This document shows positions 9,074 through 20,412 of a DNA stretch of 64,000 nt, one piece after another (the stretch's first letter is position 1; every line of letters begins with the position of its first letter). Under the pieces are notes generated by a model. That model did not search any database. It was given only the letters and a program-made list of their open reading frames with translations, and was not told the DNA's origin. Both the position numbers and the translations under genes were made by a program. The DNA lies in assembly GCA_963727445.1 (NCBI GenBank), contig CAVSGI010000021.1, positions 544,001 through 608,000 on the forward strand, written 5' to 3'. Source of the DNA: an uncultured delta proteobacterium (GTDB lineage: Bacteria; Myxococcota_A; Polyangia; Polyangiales; B10-G4).

Positions 9074-10669
9074 ATGGATGACGACAGGCTGGGGGAGGTC
9101 GTCGGGGAGGGGCGCTATCGACTCGACGCCGTTCTCGGCGGCGGCGGGATGGGCGTCGTCTACAAAGCGCGCGATCTGCGGGACGGGGGTGACGTCGCGT
9201 TGAAGATGCTTCATCCGGAGTTTGCCAGAGACGAGCGCTGCCTCGCGCGTTTCCGGCGCGAGGCCGAGCTCTCGTCGGCGATGGCGCATCCACACGTCGT
9301 GCGCGTCCTGGGCTTCGTCGCCGGTGACGGAGAGGCGCCCTTTCTCGTCATGGAGCTGCTCGATGGCGAGTCGCTCGACGCGCGCATCGAACGCGACGGC
9401 GCGCTCGACCCGGCGTTCGCCGTCCGCGTCGGCCGCGAGGTGGCCGCCGCACTCGAGAACGCTCACTCCATCGGCGTGATTCACCGTGACCTCAAGCCCG
9501 CCAACATCGTCCTGGTGGACATGAACGGAAGAGCGAGCGCCAAGGTCGTCGACTTCGGCTTGGCGCGGCTGATGGAAGGGCGGGGCTATCAGAAGCTCAC
9601 CGGAACGGGGCAGATCGTCGGCACACCCGCGTACATGGCGCCGGAGCAGTTTCGGAGCGGGTCGATGGACGAGCGCACGGACATCTACGCGTTGGGCACG
9701 CTCCTCTACGAGGCGCTGGCGGGCGTCGCGCCTTTCGACGGTCCCAACATGGTTCCGAGGATCCTCGCCGGTGAATGCCCGCGCGTCGACGACAGAGCGC
9801 CGAACGTCTCCCCGCATCTCGCGGAGATCGTCGCGCGTGCCATGGCCCCGGATCCCTCCGACCGATATGGGTCGACCCACGAGCTGGCCACAGATCTCGG
9901 CAGGATCAGCAGCGAGCCGCTCCCCACCCTCCTCGACTGGCAGCCGGCCCTGCCGCTCGAGACGCTGCGCGAGCAGGCCACCAGGTCCTTCGACGACGCC
10001 GATGCCTCCGTGATGCCCGCTGCGCCCGTCACCCCTTCACAGGTGTCCGCGCGCCCCCGCTACGGCATCTTCGCGCTGGTCGGGCTCGCTGCGGGGATCG
10101 CCGGTGCGACCGCCGTGGCGGCCGCGCTGCTCCTGGCGCATCCCGAGCCGTCGCCGCCCTCCTCACAGACGGGCACCGTCCCCGCTGTCGTCCCGGTTCC
10201 GATCGCGGACCCCGTAACGGACGCGAGGGACGCGGCGCCCGACGGGTCGGCGACGCGCGATGCAGGGGCTTCCGCCGTGCCGCGACGGCCACGCCCGGTA
10301 CAGCACTCGACGGGCGCCATGACCGGTGCTGCTGCGCCCCCGACTCCAGCCCGCGTCCGGGTTTTCATCACGGGGATCGAAGGCGACCCGGCGGTGGTGG
10401 AAGCCGGCATTCGCAGCGTCTTCGCGCGCCGGCGAGCCGAGATCGAACAGTGTCTGGCGGAGGTTTCTCTGCCGCCACGACCCTTCGAAGCTCGCGTCGA
10501 TCTCACGGTGGGACCGAACGGACGCTCCCCGGGTTTCAGCGGCGACTTTCCCGGCGGATCGGACGCGTGTCTGAACCAGCTCTGGGCCGAGCGATACGAG
10601 GTTCGGCCGACGGCGACGTCGTACTCGAACGTGGAGATCTCGTTCAGAATCGAAGACGCCGAGCTGTGA
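9074..10669 (+). CDS. Transmembrane Hanks-type Ser/Thr protein kinase
   Basis: GGGGMGVVY, VALK, HRDLKPAN, DFG, GTPAYMAPE, then a TM helix and a C-terminal periplasmic domain. Confidence 0.95.
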   Translation: MDDDRLGEVVGEGRYRLDAVLGGGGMGVVYKARDLRDGGDVALKMLHPEFARDERCLARFRREAELSSAMAHPHVVRVLGFVAGDGEAPFLVMELLDGESLDARIERDGALDPAFAVRVGREVAAALENAHSIGVIHRDLKPANIVLVDMNGRASAKVVDFGLARLMEGRGYQKLTGTGQIVGTPAYMAPEQFRSGSMDERTDIYALGTLLYEALAGVAPFDGPNMVPRILAGECPRVDDRAPNVSPHLAEIVARAMAPDPSDRYGSTHELATDLGRISSEPLPTLLDWQPALPLETLREQATRSFDDADASVMPAAPVTPSQVSARPRYGIFALVGLAAGIAGATAVAAALLLAHPEPSPPSSQTGTVPAVVPVPIADPVTDARDAAPDGSATRDAGASAVPRRPRPVQHSTGAMTGAAAPPTPARVRVFITGIEGDPAVVEAGIRSVFARRRAEIEQCLAEVSLPPRPFEARVDLTVGPNGRSPGFSGDFPGGSDACLNQLWAERYEVRPTATSYSNVEISFRIEDAEL

Positions 10670-10752
10670 CTGGGGAGGTTGCACGGCCGATTGAGGCCGC
10701 TCCTCCGCGCGCTCGAGACTCGCGCGCGGCCACGTCGACGAGGGCTCGACGG

Positions 10753-11619
10753 CTACAGCGCCGACATCACCCACACGCGAAGCGCGGGCCGCAAGCGCTC
10801 GAGCAGGTCGGGGGAGAGGCCGAGACGGTCGATGGAGCTGAACGCCGGCGTCTCGTCGACCTGGCGGTGCACCTCGGCTTCGAAGCCGACGCGACGCAGG
10901 AACGCGTCGAGGGCGGCGCCGTCGTCGAAAGAGGATGCGTCGAGCTGGCGCTGGGTGATGCCGGTGATCGCCTCGCGCAGGCGGACGCGTTCGGGCGGGA
11001 GCGCGGGCGACCCTTCCATCAGGACGAAGTCCGGCGTCATCCACGTTCCGCCGAAGTCGTCCAGCAGGGCGTGGACGTTGAGGGCCAGCCGCTCCGTCTC
11101 GCCCTTCGTGAGGTACAGGATCAGCCCTTCACAGAGCACGATCACCGGCTCTGTGGGATCGAGGACGGAGGCGGCCGCGCGGAGCTGGCCCGGGTCGAGC
11201 GCGTCGGCGGCGGTGAGGAAGTGCCGCGGGCTCGCCGGGATGCCGTGCGCGCCGCGGAGGTCGTCCAAGAGCGCGCGCTTCGTCTCGACGACCTCGCTGA
11301 GGTCGGTCTCGACGTACCGGATCCCTTCGTGCTGCGCGAGATGGAGGCCGCGCAGCGAGTAGCCGCTCGCCAGCTCGAGGACCTGCGTGGCGCCGGACTT
11401 GCGGATCAGCTCGGTGATGCTCTTGTACCGCGCCTCGAACATCGGAGCGTAGAAGGTCAGCTGCTCCGGGTTCAGGTCGTGGTCGCGGACGAGCTGCTCG
11501 AAGGCGTCGCCGGCGCCGACGCGACCCGCGGCCTCGGCGGCGAACGGGATGTCGGTGAACTGGCGGTAGTACGCCGCGAGCTTCGCCGTCATGCTGATGT
11601 GGGATGGATCGGCGGTCAT
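10753..11619 (-). CDS. Class I SAM-dependent methyltransferase (leucine carboxyl methyltransferase-like)
   Basis: QVLELASG, YVETDL, ADAL, LCEGLILYL. Start taken at MTADPS. Confidence 0.85.
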   Translation of the reverse strand: MTADPSHISMTAKLAAYYRQFTDIPFAAEAAGRVGAGDAFEQLVRDHDLNPEQLTFYAPMFEARYKSITELIRKSGATQVLELASGYSLRGLHLAQHEGIRYVETDLSEVVETKRALLDDLRGAHGIPASPRHFLTAADALDPGQLRAAASVLDPTEPVIVLCEGLILYLTKGETERLALNVHALLDDFGGTWMTPDFVLMEGSPALPPERVRLREAITGITQRQLDASSFDDGAALDAFLRRVGFEAEVHRQVDETPAFSSIDRLGLSPDLLERLRPALRVWVMSAL

Positions 11620-11664
11620 CTTCGAGCTCCGGAGCGCGACGGGGCACCGCCGCGCTCCGTGGAT

Positions 11665-12384
11665 ATGTATGAGCTCATGACGAGCTCTCCAGTCAAGGAC
11701 GAGCCGCCAGCCTGGTACTGGCTGTCGCTGGTCTTGGTGTATGCGCTGATCACGTCGATTCCGCTGTTGTGCACGGGGGACCTCGGCTGGTGGCAGGCGT
11801 GGGTCTATGCCGGCACGCTGTTCATCATCGGTGTTGGTGGCCGGGTGGCGGCGGAATGGCGCCACCCCGGCTTGATGGCCGAGCGCGTCAAGTTCGGCAA
11901 GGGGCAGCAGGTTCAGCCCTGGGACCGACTGCTGTCGCCCCTGATGGCGATCGCCGTCGTCATTCCAGTCCTGACCGTCGCCGGACTGGACCACCGTTTT
12001 GGCTGGTCTCCCACATTCCCGCTCTGGGCCAATCTGCTGGGGATTGTCCTGATCACGCTCGGCTATTCCTTCGCCACTTGGGCCCTGGTCGAAAACCGCT
12101 ACTTCTCGAGTACGGTGCGCATCCAGCTCGACCGCGGGCACGTGCTCTGTGACACGGGGCCCTACCGGTTCGTGCGGCACCCAGGCTACGCCGGCAACAT
12201 CCTGCCGCTCTTCGGCATCGTGCTTGGTTTGGGCTCGCTGTGGACGCTCATCCCGGCAGCGTTTGCCCTGTTCATCATCTTCGTCCGGACCGCGCTCGAA
12301 GACCGTACCCTCTACGACGAGCTGCCGGGTTACCAGGACTACACGCGACGCGTGCGCTACCGCCTCATCCCGGGCCTCTACTGA
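11665..12384 (+). CDS. Isoprenylcysteine carboxyl methyltransferase family membrane protein
   Basis: Several TM helices, ENRYFS, TGPYRFVRHPGYAG, EDRTL..ELPGY..Y...VRYRLIP. Confidence 0.88.
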   Translation: MYELMTSSPVKDEPPAWYWLSLVLVYALITSIPLLCTGDLGWWQAWVYAGTLFIIGVGGRVAAEWRHPGLMAERVKFGKGQQVQPWDRLLSPLMAIAVVIPVLTVAGLDHRFGWSPTFPLWANLLGIVLITLGYSFATWALVENRYFSSTVRIQLDRGHVLCDTGPYRFVRHPGYAGNILPLFGIVLGLGSLWTLIPAAFALFIIFVRTALEDRTLYDELPGYQDYTRRVRYRLIPGLY

Positions 12385-12929
12385 GGCTGGCTTCCGGTTT
12401 CGGGCGGCGGCTCGGGTAGGGGGGGCCCATGCCCCGCATCCGGAAAATCCGAGAGCAGAAGCCGAACCGCCTTCGCGACCCTGTCCGGCGGCACCGGGGG
12501 CTCGCCCGCGCCGATCACCTGACCGTGCCAGATGTGCTCGCCGGTGCGGCGGTCGAAGGCGTCCAAGACGATCGTGCCCTCCTGGATCTCCTGCTCGTAC
12601 TTGCCGAAGCGCATGGTGGGCATTCCCTCGACGCGATCTTCGATCACGATGCGGCGCCCCACGCCTGCGGCGATGATCACGTCGGCGCGACCCGGATCGT
12701 CGACCACCTCCCAGCCCTTGTCCCTGACGACGGCGCCGCCCGCGTCGAGAGCGGCGCGCAGCTGCTCGGACGTCAGCTCGGTCCGCGTGAACTGGGGGAT
12801 GTCGCTGGTCCGCATCAACGACAGGCTGTGGTAGCGGTCGAAGGGCGCGCCCTCGTACGCCTCGTGAACGTAGGTGAGCCCGCCGCCGCAGCCGGCGGCC
12901 ACGATCAGCAGAGGGAGAAGCGCCTTCAT
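12378..12929 (-). CDS. DUF4136-like lipoprotein
   Basis: Lipobox AAGC and EGTIVLDAFDRRTGEHIWHG motif. Confidence 0.75.
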   Translation of the reverse strand: MKALLPLLIVAAGCGGGLTYVHEAYEGAPFDRYHSLSLMRTSDIPQFTRTELTSEQLRAALDAGGAVVRDKGWEVVDDPGRADVIIAAGVGRRIVIEDRVEGMPTMRFGKYEQEIQEGTIVLDAFDRRTGEHIWHGQVIGAGEPPVPPDRVAKAVRLLLSDFPDAGHGPPLPEPPPETGSQPQ

Positions 12930-15575
12930 CGCGTGAAGAATAGCGGGTTCGTCACGCCGAAGGGTCGCCGTCCCGGATAGACCGGGCCGAGATCCGAGCT
13001 CACCCCGTCTGCGACGAAGATCGCCCAGCTCCCCACCACGCCGGGCGCGACCGGGATGTCGATGTCTCCCCGAAAGCGAACCGTCGGATCCATCGGATCG
13101 CGGGTGCTCTCGTCGAGGACGATGGTCTCGTTGACCGCCCCGTCTACGAAGACACGCAGCCGATCCACCTCCACGAAGGAGGGCGCGCGTACGGTGACGC
13201 TCAGGGTGACGCGGTCGGATTCCCCGATCCCGTCCCCCGGTCCCTCGCCTCCGGGGCCCACCACGTCGATGTAAGCCCCGCCGCTGATCACGGCGTGCCC
13301 CGCGAGGAGGGTGTCGCGCACCAGGCCCGCCCCGCCACCGGCCCGGAGCGCGGGCACGTCGTCGACTCCGAGCGCGAGGCACGTTCGCGGGTAGCCGACG
13401 GGGGTCTCGGCCACCTGGTGGCTGTCGGAGGACCCGGTCGCGAAGATCCGCCGCCCCGAGTCCAGGAAGGAGAACCAATCGCGCACGACCTCGCCCTCCG
13501 CGTAGTTCGTCTCGAAGTCGCTGTCGTTGAACGCCTCGATGAGATCGAAGCTCTCGGACCAAAGCTCGGGCCGCCCGACCATGCCGGTGGCGGGGTCGTA
13601 GTCCACTCGACTGAAGTAGGCGCCCTCGCCCATGAGTCCGTTGAAGCTGCGGGCGTGGTTCACGATGATCGCCGGCGAGCCGTCCGGTCCGCTTCGGTCG
13701 TGGGCTTCGTCGAAGACCGATTGAGGCATGCGACCGCCGGTCCAGACGATCGCGCCGTCGCTCGGTCGGGTCGGATCGGCGGCGAGGGGGAAGACACCGA
13801 AGTGCCCCCAGTCGAAGGTGGTGAGCTCCAGGGAAGAGATCCCCATCGCCCAATCCCGAGCGCCGAGCATGGCGATCGTCGGCTCGAAGTCGCCCACCCA
13901 TTCGTGGTCGGAGCGCACCGGGATCTCGAGCCCGTCGCCCACCAGGCTCCGGACCTTGAAGAGCACCGGATCGCTCGTGTCGAAGGAGCGATAGGTGTGG
14001 ATGTGGAAGTCGCCGCAGAGGACACCGGGCGTGTCCACCACGTGGTCGAGGGCGATGGGCACCTCGGTGGTGGCGCCGGCGGTGACGTCGACCGTCGCGC
14101 TCGCGAGCTCCCACTCGAAGCCGCGGGAGACGTAGACCCGGTGCCGGCCCGGTGGCGCGACCAACGTCACGTCTCCATCGAGGGGGAACTCGACGTGAAG
14201 ACGTCCGGGGACGATCGGGGTTTCTCCGAAGCTCGGCGGCACCTCCGGCAGCTCACCCATCGGGATCACCTGCACGCGAACCGGCAGCGCTTCACCGGAC
14301 GCGGCGTCGGTGGCCACCACGTGGATCGCCCCGACGGACGGCATGGTGAGGGCGGCGGTGCTGTCGCTCGCGCCGACGCTCACCGGATCGCTCAGGGGGT
14401 AGCCGCGCTTCCACGCGACGAGCTCCACGTCGTCCGGCGGCAGGTGCAGCGTGAAAGCGCCGCTCTCGTCGGTCAGGGTGCGGCTGACGTGTCCGCCGGA
14501 TGCGTCGGTGGCGTGGACCCGCACGCCGGGCGCCGGTGATCCGTCGTCGAGGGTGACCGTGCCCGTTACCTCGTGGAGCGCGGCTCCGCGCGTCCGAGCG
14601 ATGGCGGCGCGCAGGCCGTCGAGACCGATCCCCCCCACGTGGAGCTCGGCGTAGGAGAGCTCGGTCTCGGCGCAGGCGTCGACGACGAAGATGTCGGGCT
14701 GGAAGATCGAAGCACCCGAGAGGGAAAGGGACGGTGTCAGCGGGCCCGCGGGGTTCGCCCACGCGTAGCTGGTGGCGTCGTCGTCGGCGAAGGCGACGTA
14801 GTCGATGGCGTCGGTGCCCGGGTCGAATCCGCTGCCGTTCGGGTGCCACTCGGGCATCCGCGAGTCCTGGAAGAAGAAGAAGAGGGGGATGCGAATGGGG
14901 GTGTCGTAGTTGCGCGCCGAGGCGATGGTGAGCCGAAGCTCCACGTGCTCGGCGCCGGGCTCGAGGACCCAGTCGAGAGCGCCCATCAGATCGCCCAGCT
15001 CGTCCGTGAGGAAGGCCGCAGCGAGGGGCGCGAAGAAGGGGATCTCGCTGACCGGCCCGATGGCGCGCACGATCGCCGCACCTCCATCGCTTCCGTCCGC
15101 GATCACGCCCACGGTCTCGGTGGCGATGGTGAAGCGGTCCATCATCACCATGAGCTCCGCGAAGTCGGCAGGCGCCGTCGGTGTGCCGTCGACCATCATC
15201 GCGGCTCCGATCGGACGGCCGCCCCACGGGTCGAGCAGAATCGGAAGCCCCCGCGGCTTCAATCACCACCGCGATGTTCTCGTTGGCGAGGACGAAGTCC
15301 CCGGTGCGCACGAAGGTGAGCTTCGTGGGATCGTCGGGCCAGTCGCCCTCCGCGAGGCGCCCTGCGCGCGCTTCGCCGGCGGCGGCGCCGAGGGGGGCGG
15401 CATGCCCGGTGTCGTCGCCGGCTTCGAAGGTGAAGGAGGCGGTGCACTCGGGGCGCGCATCGGGGCTGGCGTCGCCGCCGTCCCCCGCGCCCCCATCACC
15501 GGCGTCGGTGCCGCCGTCGTCGCCGCATCCCGCGCCCGCGAGGAACGCGAGGGACAAGAGAGCGAATGAGCGCAT
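12926..15575 (-). CDS. CehA/McbA-like PHP-fold metallohydrolase lipoprotein with beta-sandwich domains (one frameshift near 15240)
   Basis: The lipoprotein N-terminus (ORF from 15575, ..GDFVLANENIAVVIE) joins ORF 12926-15262. Metal motifs GDFHIHT, SDHE, HFG, NHAR, GSSDSH. Confidence 0.8.
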
Positions 15576-15653
15576 CCGCAGAAGGTATCACCGCGCCGAC
15601 GGTCGGTCGCCTCGGGGGCGGCCAGTGATGCCCGAGCGGCGTATGCTCCCCAC

Positions 15654-16130
15654 ATGAGTGAGCTCGTGGACGGCAGCATTTTCGGTCCCGGGCAGCCCTG
15701 TTTCGGCTGCGCTCCGGACCACCCCATCGGTTTTCGCCTCTCTTTCGCGGAGGACGGCGACGACGTCGTGACCCGCTTCCTCCCCGAAGAGCGCTACCAG
15801 GGGCCGCCCGGGATCCTCCATGGTGGCCTCACCACCACCCTCGCCGACGAGATCGGCGCCTGGGCGATCATCACCAAGCTCGGCAAGTTCGGCTTCACCG
15901 CGCAGCTCAGCGCCAAGCTCCACAAGCCGGTGCGCATCGGCGTGGAGGTCGAGGGCCGCGGGCGCATCGTGAACGACCGAAAGCGCATCGTGGACGTCGA
16001 GGTCGTCCTCTCCCAGGCGGCGGAGCGGTGCATGACCTCGGAGCTGCGCTTCGTGATCCTGGACGACAAGGGCGCCGAGCGAATGCTGGGCCGGCCGCTG
16101 CCTCCCGAGTGGCTGAAGTTCGGTCGCTGA
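15654..16130 (+). CDS. PaaI-family (hotdog fold) thioesterase
   Basis: CFGC..HPIG and QGPPGILHGG..TLADE. Confidence 0.9.
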   Translation: MSELVDGSIFGPGQPCFGCAPDHPIGFRLSFAEDGDDVVTRFLPEERYQGPPGILHGGLTTTLADEIGAWAIITKLGKFGFTAQLSAKLHKPVRIGVEVEGRGRIVNDRKRIVDVEVVLSQAAERCMTSELRFVILDDKGAERMLGRPLPPEWLKFGR

Positions 16131-16144
16131 GCGGCGTCCTCGCT

Positions 16145-17800
16145 TCAGAGCTTGTCGAGGAAGGGCGATGTCAGCACCCCGAGCGACAGCGACCCGCTCG
16201 CGTGAGGATCGACCTCGAGGATCTCGTTCGCGGACCAGGGAATGCCGTAGATGCGGCCGTTCGGCGCGAGGACCGCTCCGATCCATGCACCGTCGGGCGA
16301 CGTAGGCGCGGCGATGTCGCGCGTGGCGAGGGTGCCGAGGTCGATCTCGAGGATCGGTCCGCCGGCGTTTGGCATGACGTAGGCGCGTCCGTTGGGGGCG
16401 ATGGCACCGGCGCGGCCGAAGGTCGACACGCTCGTGCCGGTGCTCGGCAGGACGTCCAGTGTGGATGCGTCGGCGTCGATGCGAAGGAGCGTCATCGACG
16501 CGCAGGGGAGCCCCACGACCAGACCTTCGGGCGTGATCAGGCCGGTGTACCAGTCGCGGTCGGTCGGCGTGACGCTCCCGAACACGTCGACGGTGCTCGT
16601 CGCGAGGTCGACGCGCAGCACACCGGTTCCGTCCTCCGCCGGGATGCCGACGACGACGCCGCTCGGCGTGAGCACACCACCCCGATACTTCTGCGCCGTG
16701 CTTGGGAGCACGCCCACGAAGGTGACCGAGCGATCGGTGGGATCGACGATGGCCGCGCGGGTTTCTCCTGCGGGGAGGCACACCACGCGCCCATCGAGGC
16801 TGAGCACGCTCCCCCCGAAGGCGTTGTCGATGGCGGGGTCGATGGTCGGGCCGAAGAGCTCGAGGGTCCGCGCGACGGGATCGATCGCCAGGAATTGCTC
16901 CGCCCGCGCGGGGCATGCGTAGATGGTCCCGTCAGGCGCGAGCACGCCACCGATGAACTTCTCGTCCCCTGGCATGTCGCCGAAGAGGTCGATCTCCTCC
17001 GTGTCCGGGTCGAGTACGAGGACCTGGGGCGAGGTGAACGGGATGCCGTAGATCCGTTCGTCCGCGCCCAGCACGCCGCCCACCCATTTGTCGTCGCCGC
17101 TGAACACTCCCGCGCCGAAGGTCCGCGCCGTAGGCTCGCCGGTGGAGCCCATCGCGGCCGCATCCTCGAGCGCCGTGCGAACCGCGGGCCATTCGGGGGC
17201 CGTGCAGCCGCGGCGCTCGTCGCAGAAGCTGCCGGAGGCACAGGTGCCGGCGCTGCCGTCGTAGAGGCACGTCCCGGCTGCACAGCGCCCGATGGCGCAG
17301 CTCGCTTCGGCGACGCAATCGGTGTCGGCCGTGCACTCGGGCTCGCCGCAGGTCGCGTCCTCCTCGACGCAGTCGGGGCTCACGCAGCGCCCGGCGAGGC
17401 ACGCGTTCGCGACCGGATCTCCGTCCATCGCCGGGCAGGTGACCCCGACGCAAGCGCGCGTCATCACCACCGTGACCGCCAGACGCCCGTCGAGGCTCAC
17501 GCGCACGGGGCGCTGCAAGACCTCGTTGCCGTCGTGAGAGAGGGTGACTCGGAGGGTCAGCGTGCCCGCTTCGAGCCCTTCGAGCTCCGCGACGCGTCGA
17601 CCGGTCAGGAAGTCGTCGCCGGCCGCGGCGTCCGCTTCGGCGAAGCGTGTGCCGGTTCCCATCGCGTCCGTGACGTCGACGCGCACGTGATCGAACTCCG
17701 TCCCGGGGACGAGGTCGGTCTTGACGTCGACGATCAGCAGCGGGTCCTCGCCCCCACACGCCGCGAGCGCGAAGAGGGCGAGGGCGAGGAGGGGGAGCAT
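16145..17800 (-). CDS. Cys-rich lipoprotein with C-terminal beta-propeller repeats
   Basis: Lipobox LAAC, Cys-rich mid region, repeated [14 protein letters not shown] blades. Confidence 0.75.
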   Translation of the reverse strand: MLPLLALALFALAACGGEDPLLIVDVKTDLVPGTEFDHVRVDVTDAMGTGTRFAEADAAAGDDFLTGRRVAELEGLEAGTLTLRVTLSHDGNEVLQRPVRVSLDGRLAVTVVMTRACVGVTCPAMDGDPVANACLAGRCVSPDCVEEDATCGEPECTADTDCVAEASCAIGRCAAGTCLYDGSAGTCASGSFCDERRGCTAPEWPAVRTALEDAAAMGSTGEPTARTFGAGVFSGDDKWVGGVLGADERIYGIPFTSPQVLVLDPDTEEIDLFGDMPGDEKFIGGVLAPDGTIYACPARAEQFLAIDPVARTLELFGPTIDPAIDNAFGGSVLSLDGRVVCLPAGETRAAIVDPTDRSVTFVGVLPSTAQKYRGGVLTPSGVVVGIPAEDGTGVLRVDLATSTVDVFGSVTPTDRDWYTGLITPEGLVVGLPCASMTLLRIDADASTLDVLPSTGTSVSTFGRAGAIAPNGRAYVMPNAGGPILEIDLGTLATRDIAAPTSPDGAWIGAVLAPNGRIYGIPWSANEILEVDPHASGSLSLGVLTSPFLDKL

Positions 17801-17828
17801 CGGGTCATGGTACCCGCATCCGCGCCGA

Positions 17829-19077
<1,249 letters not shown>

Positions 19078-19088
19078 GACAGCCTTCC

Positions 19089-20271
19089 TCACCATCCCAT
19101 GATCTTGGCGATGCATGTAGCGCATGACTTCGGTCGTGCCGCCGCCGATGCGGAAGAGGCGCTGGTCGCGCCACGCGCGCGCGACCCAGAGCTCCTCGAG
19201 GTAGCCCATGCCGCCGTGGAACTGCACGGCAGTCGTCCATGATCTCGCTGGAGACGTCGCCGACGAAGAGCTTGCTCATCGAGATCTTCTTCACCGTCTC
19301 CATCGAGATCTCGCTCTTGTCGACGTAGCTGCTCGCGGTTGTAGTCCTCGACCGCGTCGTAGCGAGGGCCTTGGCGGCCTGCGACTTGGTGTAGAGGTCC
19401 GACGAACTTGCTGCTTCCAGTACCTCGCGCTTGATGAGCGGCTTGCCGAAGGCCTTGCGCTCGCGGCCGTAGGCGACCGAGCGGTCGAGCGCGCGTGTCG
19501 GCAGCCGGCGAGCGCGCTCGTCGAGCCGATGAGGCGCTCGGACTGGAAGTTCTGCATCAGGTAGTAGAAGCCCTTGCCCTCCTCGCCGAGGAGGTAGCGC
19601 TGCGGGATGCGGCAGTCCTCGAAGAAGAGCTCGGCGGTGTCCGACGGCGCGGTTGCCGGCCTTCTCGAGCTTCTTGCTCACCCCGAAGCCCTTGGTGTCG
19701 GTCGGGAAGAGGAGGATCGAGATGCCGCCGTAGCCCGCGTCGGGGTCGGTCTTGACCAGCAGCGTGACGAAGTCGGCGCGGGTGCCGTTGGTGATGTAGG
19801 TCTTGCGAGCCGTTGATGACGTAGTCGTCGCCGTCCTTCTTCGCCGTGGTGCGGATGCCCGCCACGTCCGAGCCGGCGTCCGGGCTCGCTCACGCCGAGC
19901 GCCGCGATGCTTGTCGCCGGCGAGCGCCGGGCGTCAGGAACTCCTCCTTCTGCTCCTTGGTGCCCGAGCTCGTTGATGCAGGGCGTCGCCATGTCGCTCT
20001 GCACCAGCAGGCCCATCGTCACGCCGGCCGCGCCGCAGCGGGTCAGCTCTTCGCTCTTGGCGACGCTGAACCAGTAGTCGCCGCCGCCGCCGCCGACCTC
20101 CTCGGGGTAGTGGGCGCCGATGATCCCGAGCTCGCCCGCCTTCTTGAACACCCAGTTGGGGAAGAGCGCGTCGTTCTCCCAGCGTCGACGTTGGGCGCGA
20201 GCTCCTTCTCGGCGAAGGTCCGGACCTGCTTGCGGAAAAGCTCGTGCTCTTCGGTGTACGGGATTCGGCAT
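19089..20271 (-). CDS. Acyl-CoA dehydrogenase, many frameshifts (likely sequence errors)
   Basis: Fragments [54 protein letters not shown] lie in different frames. Confidence 0.88.
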
Positions 20272-20316
20272 GGGCTGGCTCCTCGGGCAAACGCCCCCGC
20301 GACGCGCGGGAGCGCC

Positions 20317-20340
20317 CACTGAATGACCATTCATTTAGTG
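20317..20340. promoter_or_regulatory. AT-rich imperfect palindrome, candidate TetR-type operator
   Basis: CACTGAATGA-CCAT-TCATTTAGTG (9 of 10 arm match) in the divergent region between the acyl-CoA dehydrogenase and OPT genes. Confidence 0.55.
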
Positions 20341-20412
20341 GATGGGCGGCTTTGGGGCAAGGGGCATGTGGTGATTCCCAACGGCAGGGTACAAAGGCAT
20401 GCTTCGCGCGCC

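Noticed and set aside
9775..11664. Long N-terminal extension fusing to the ICMT-like gene (869-aa ORF)
   Set aside because: It overlaps the kinase out of frame and the methyltransferase antisense; the real start is about 11665.
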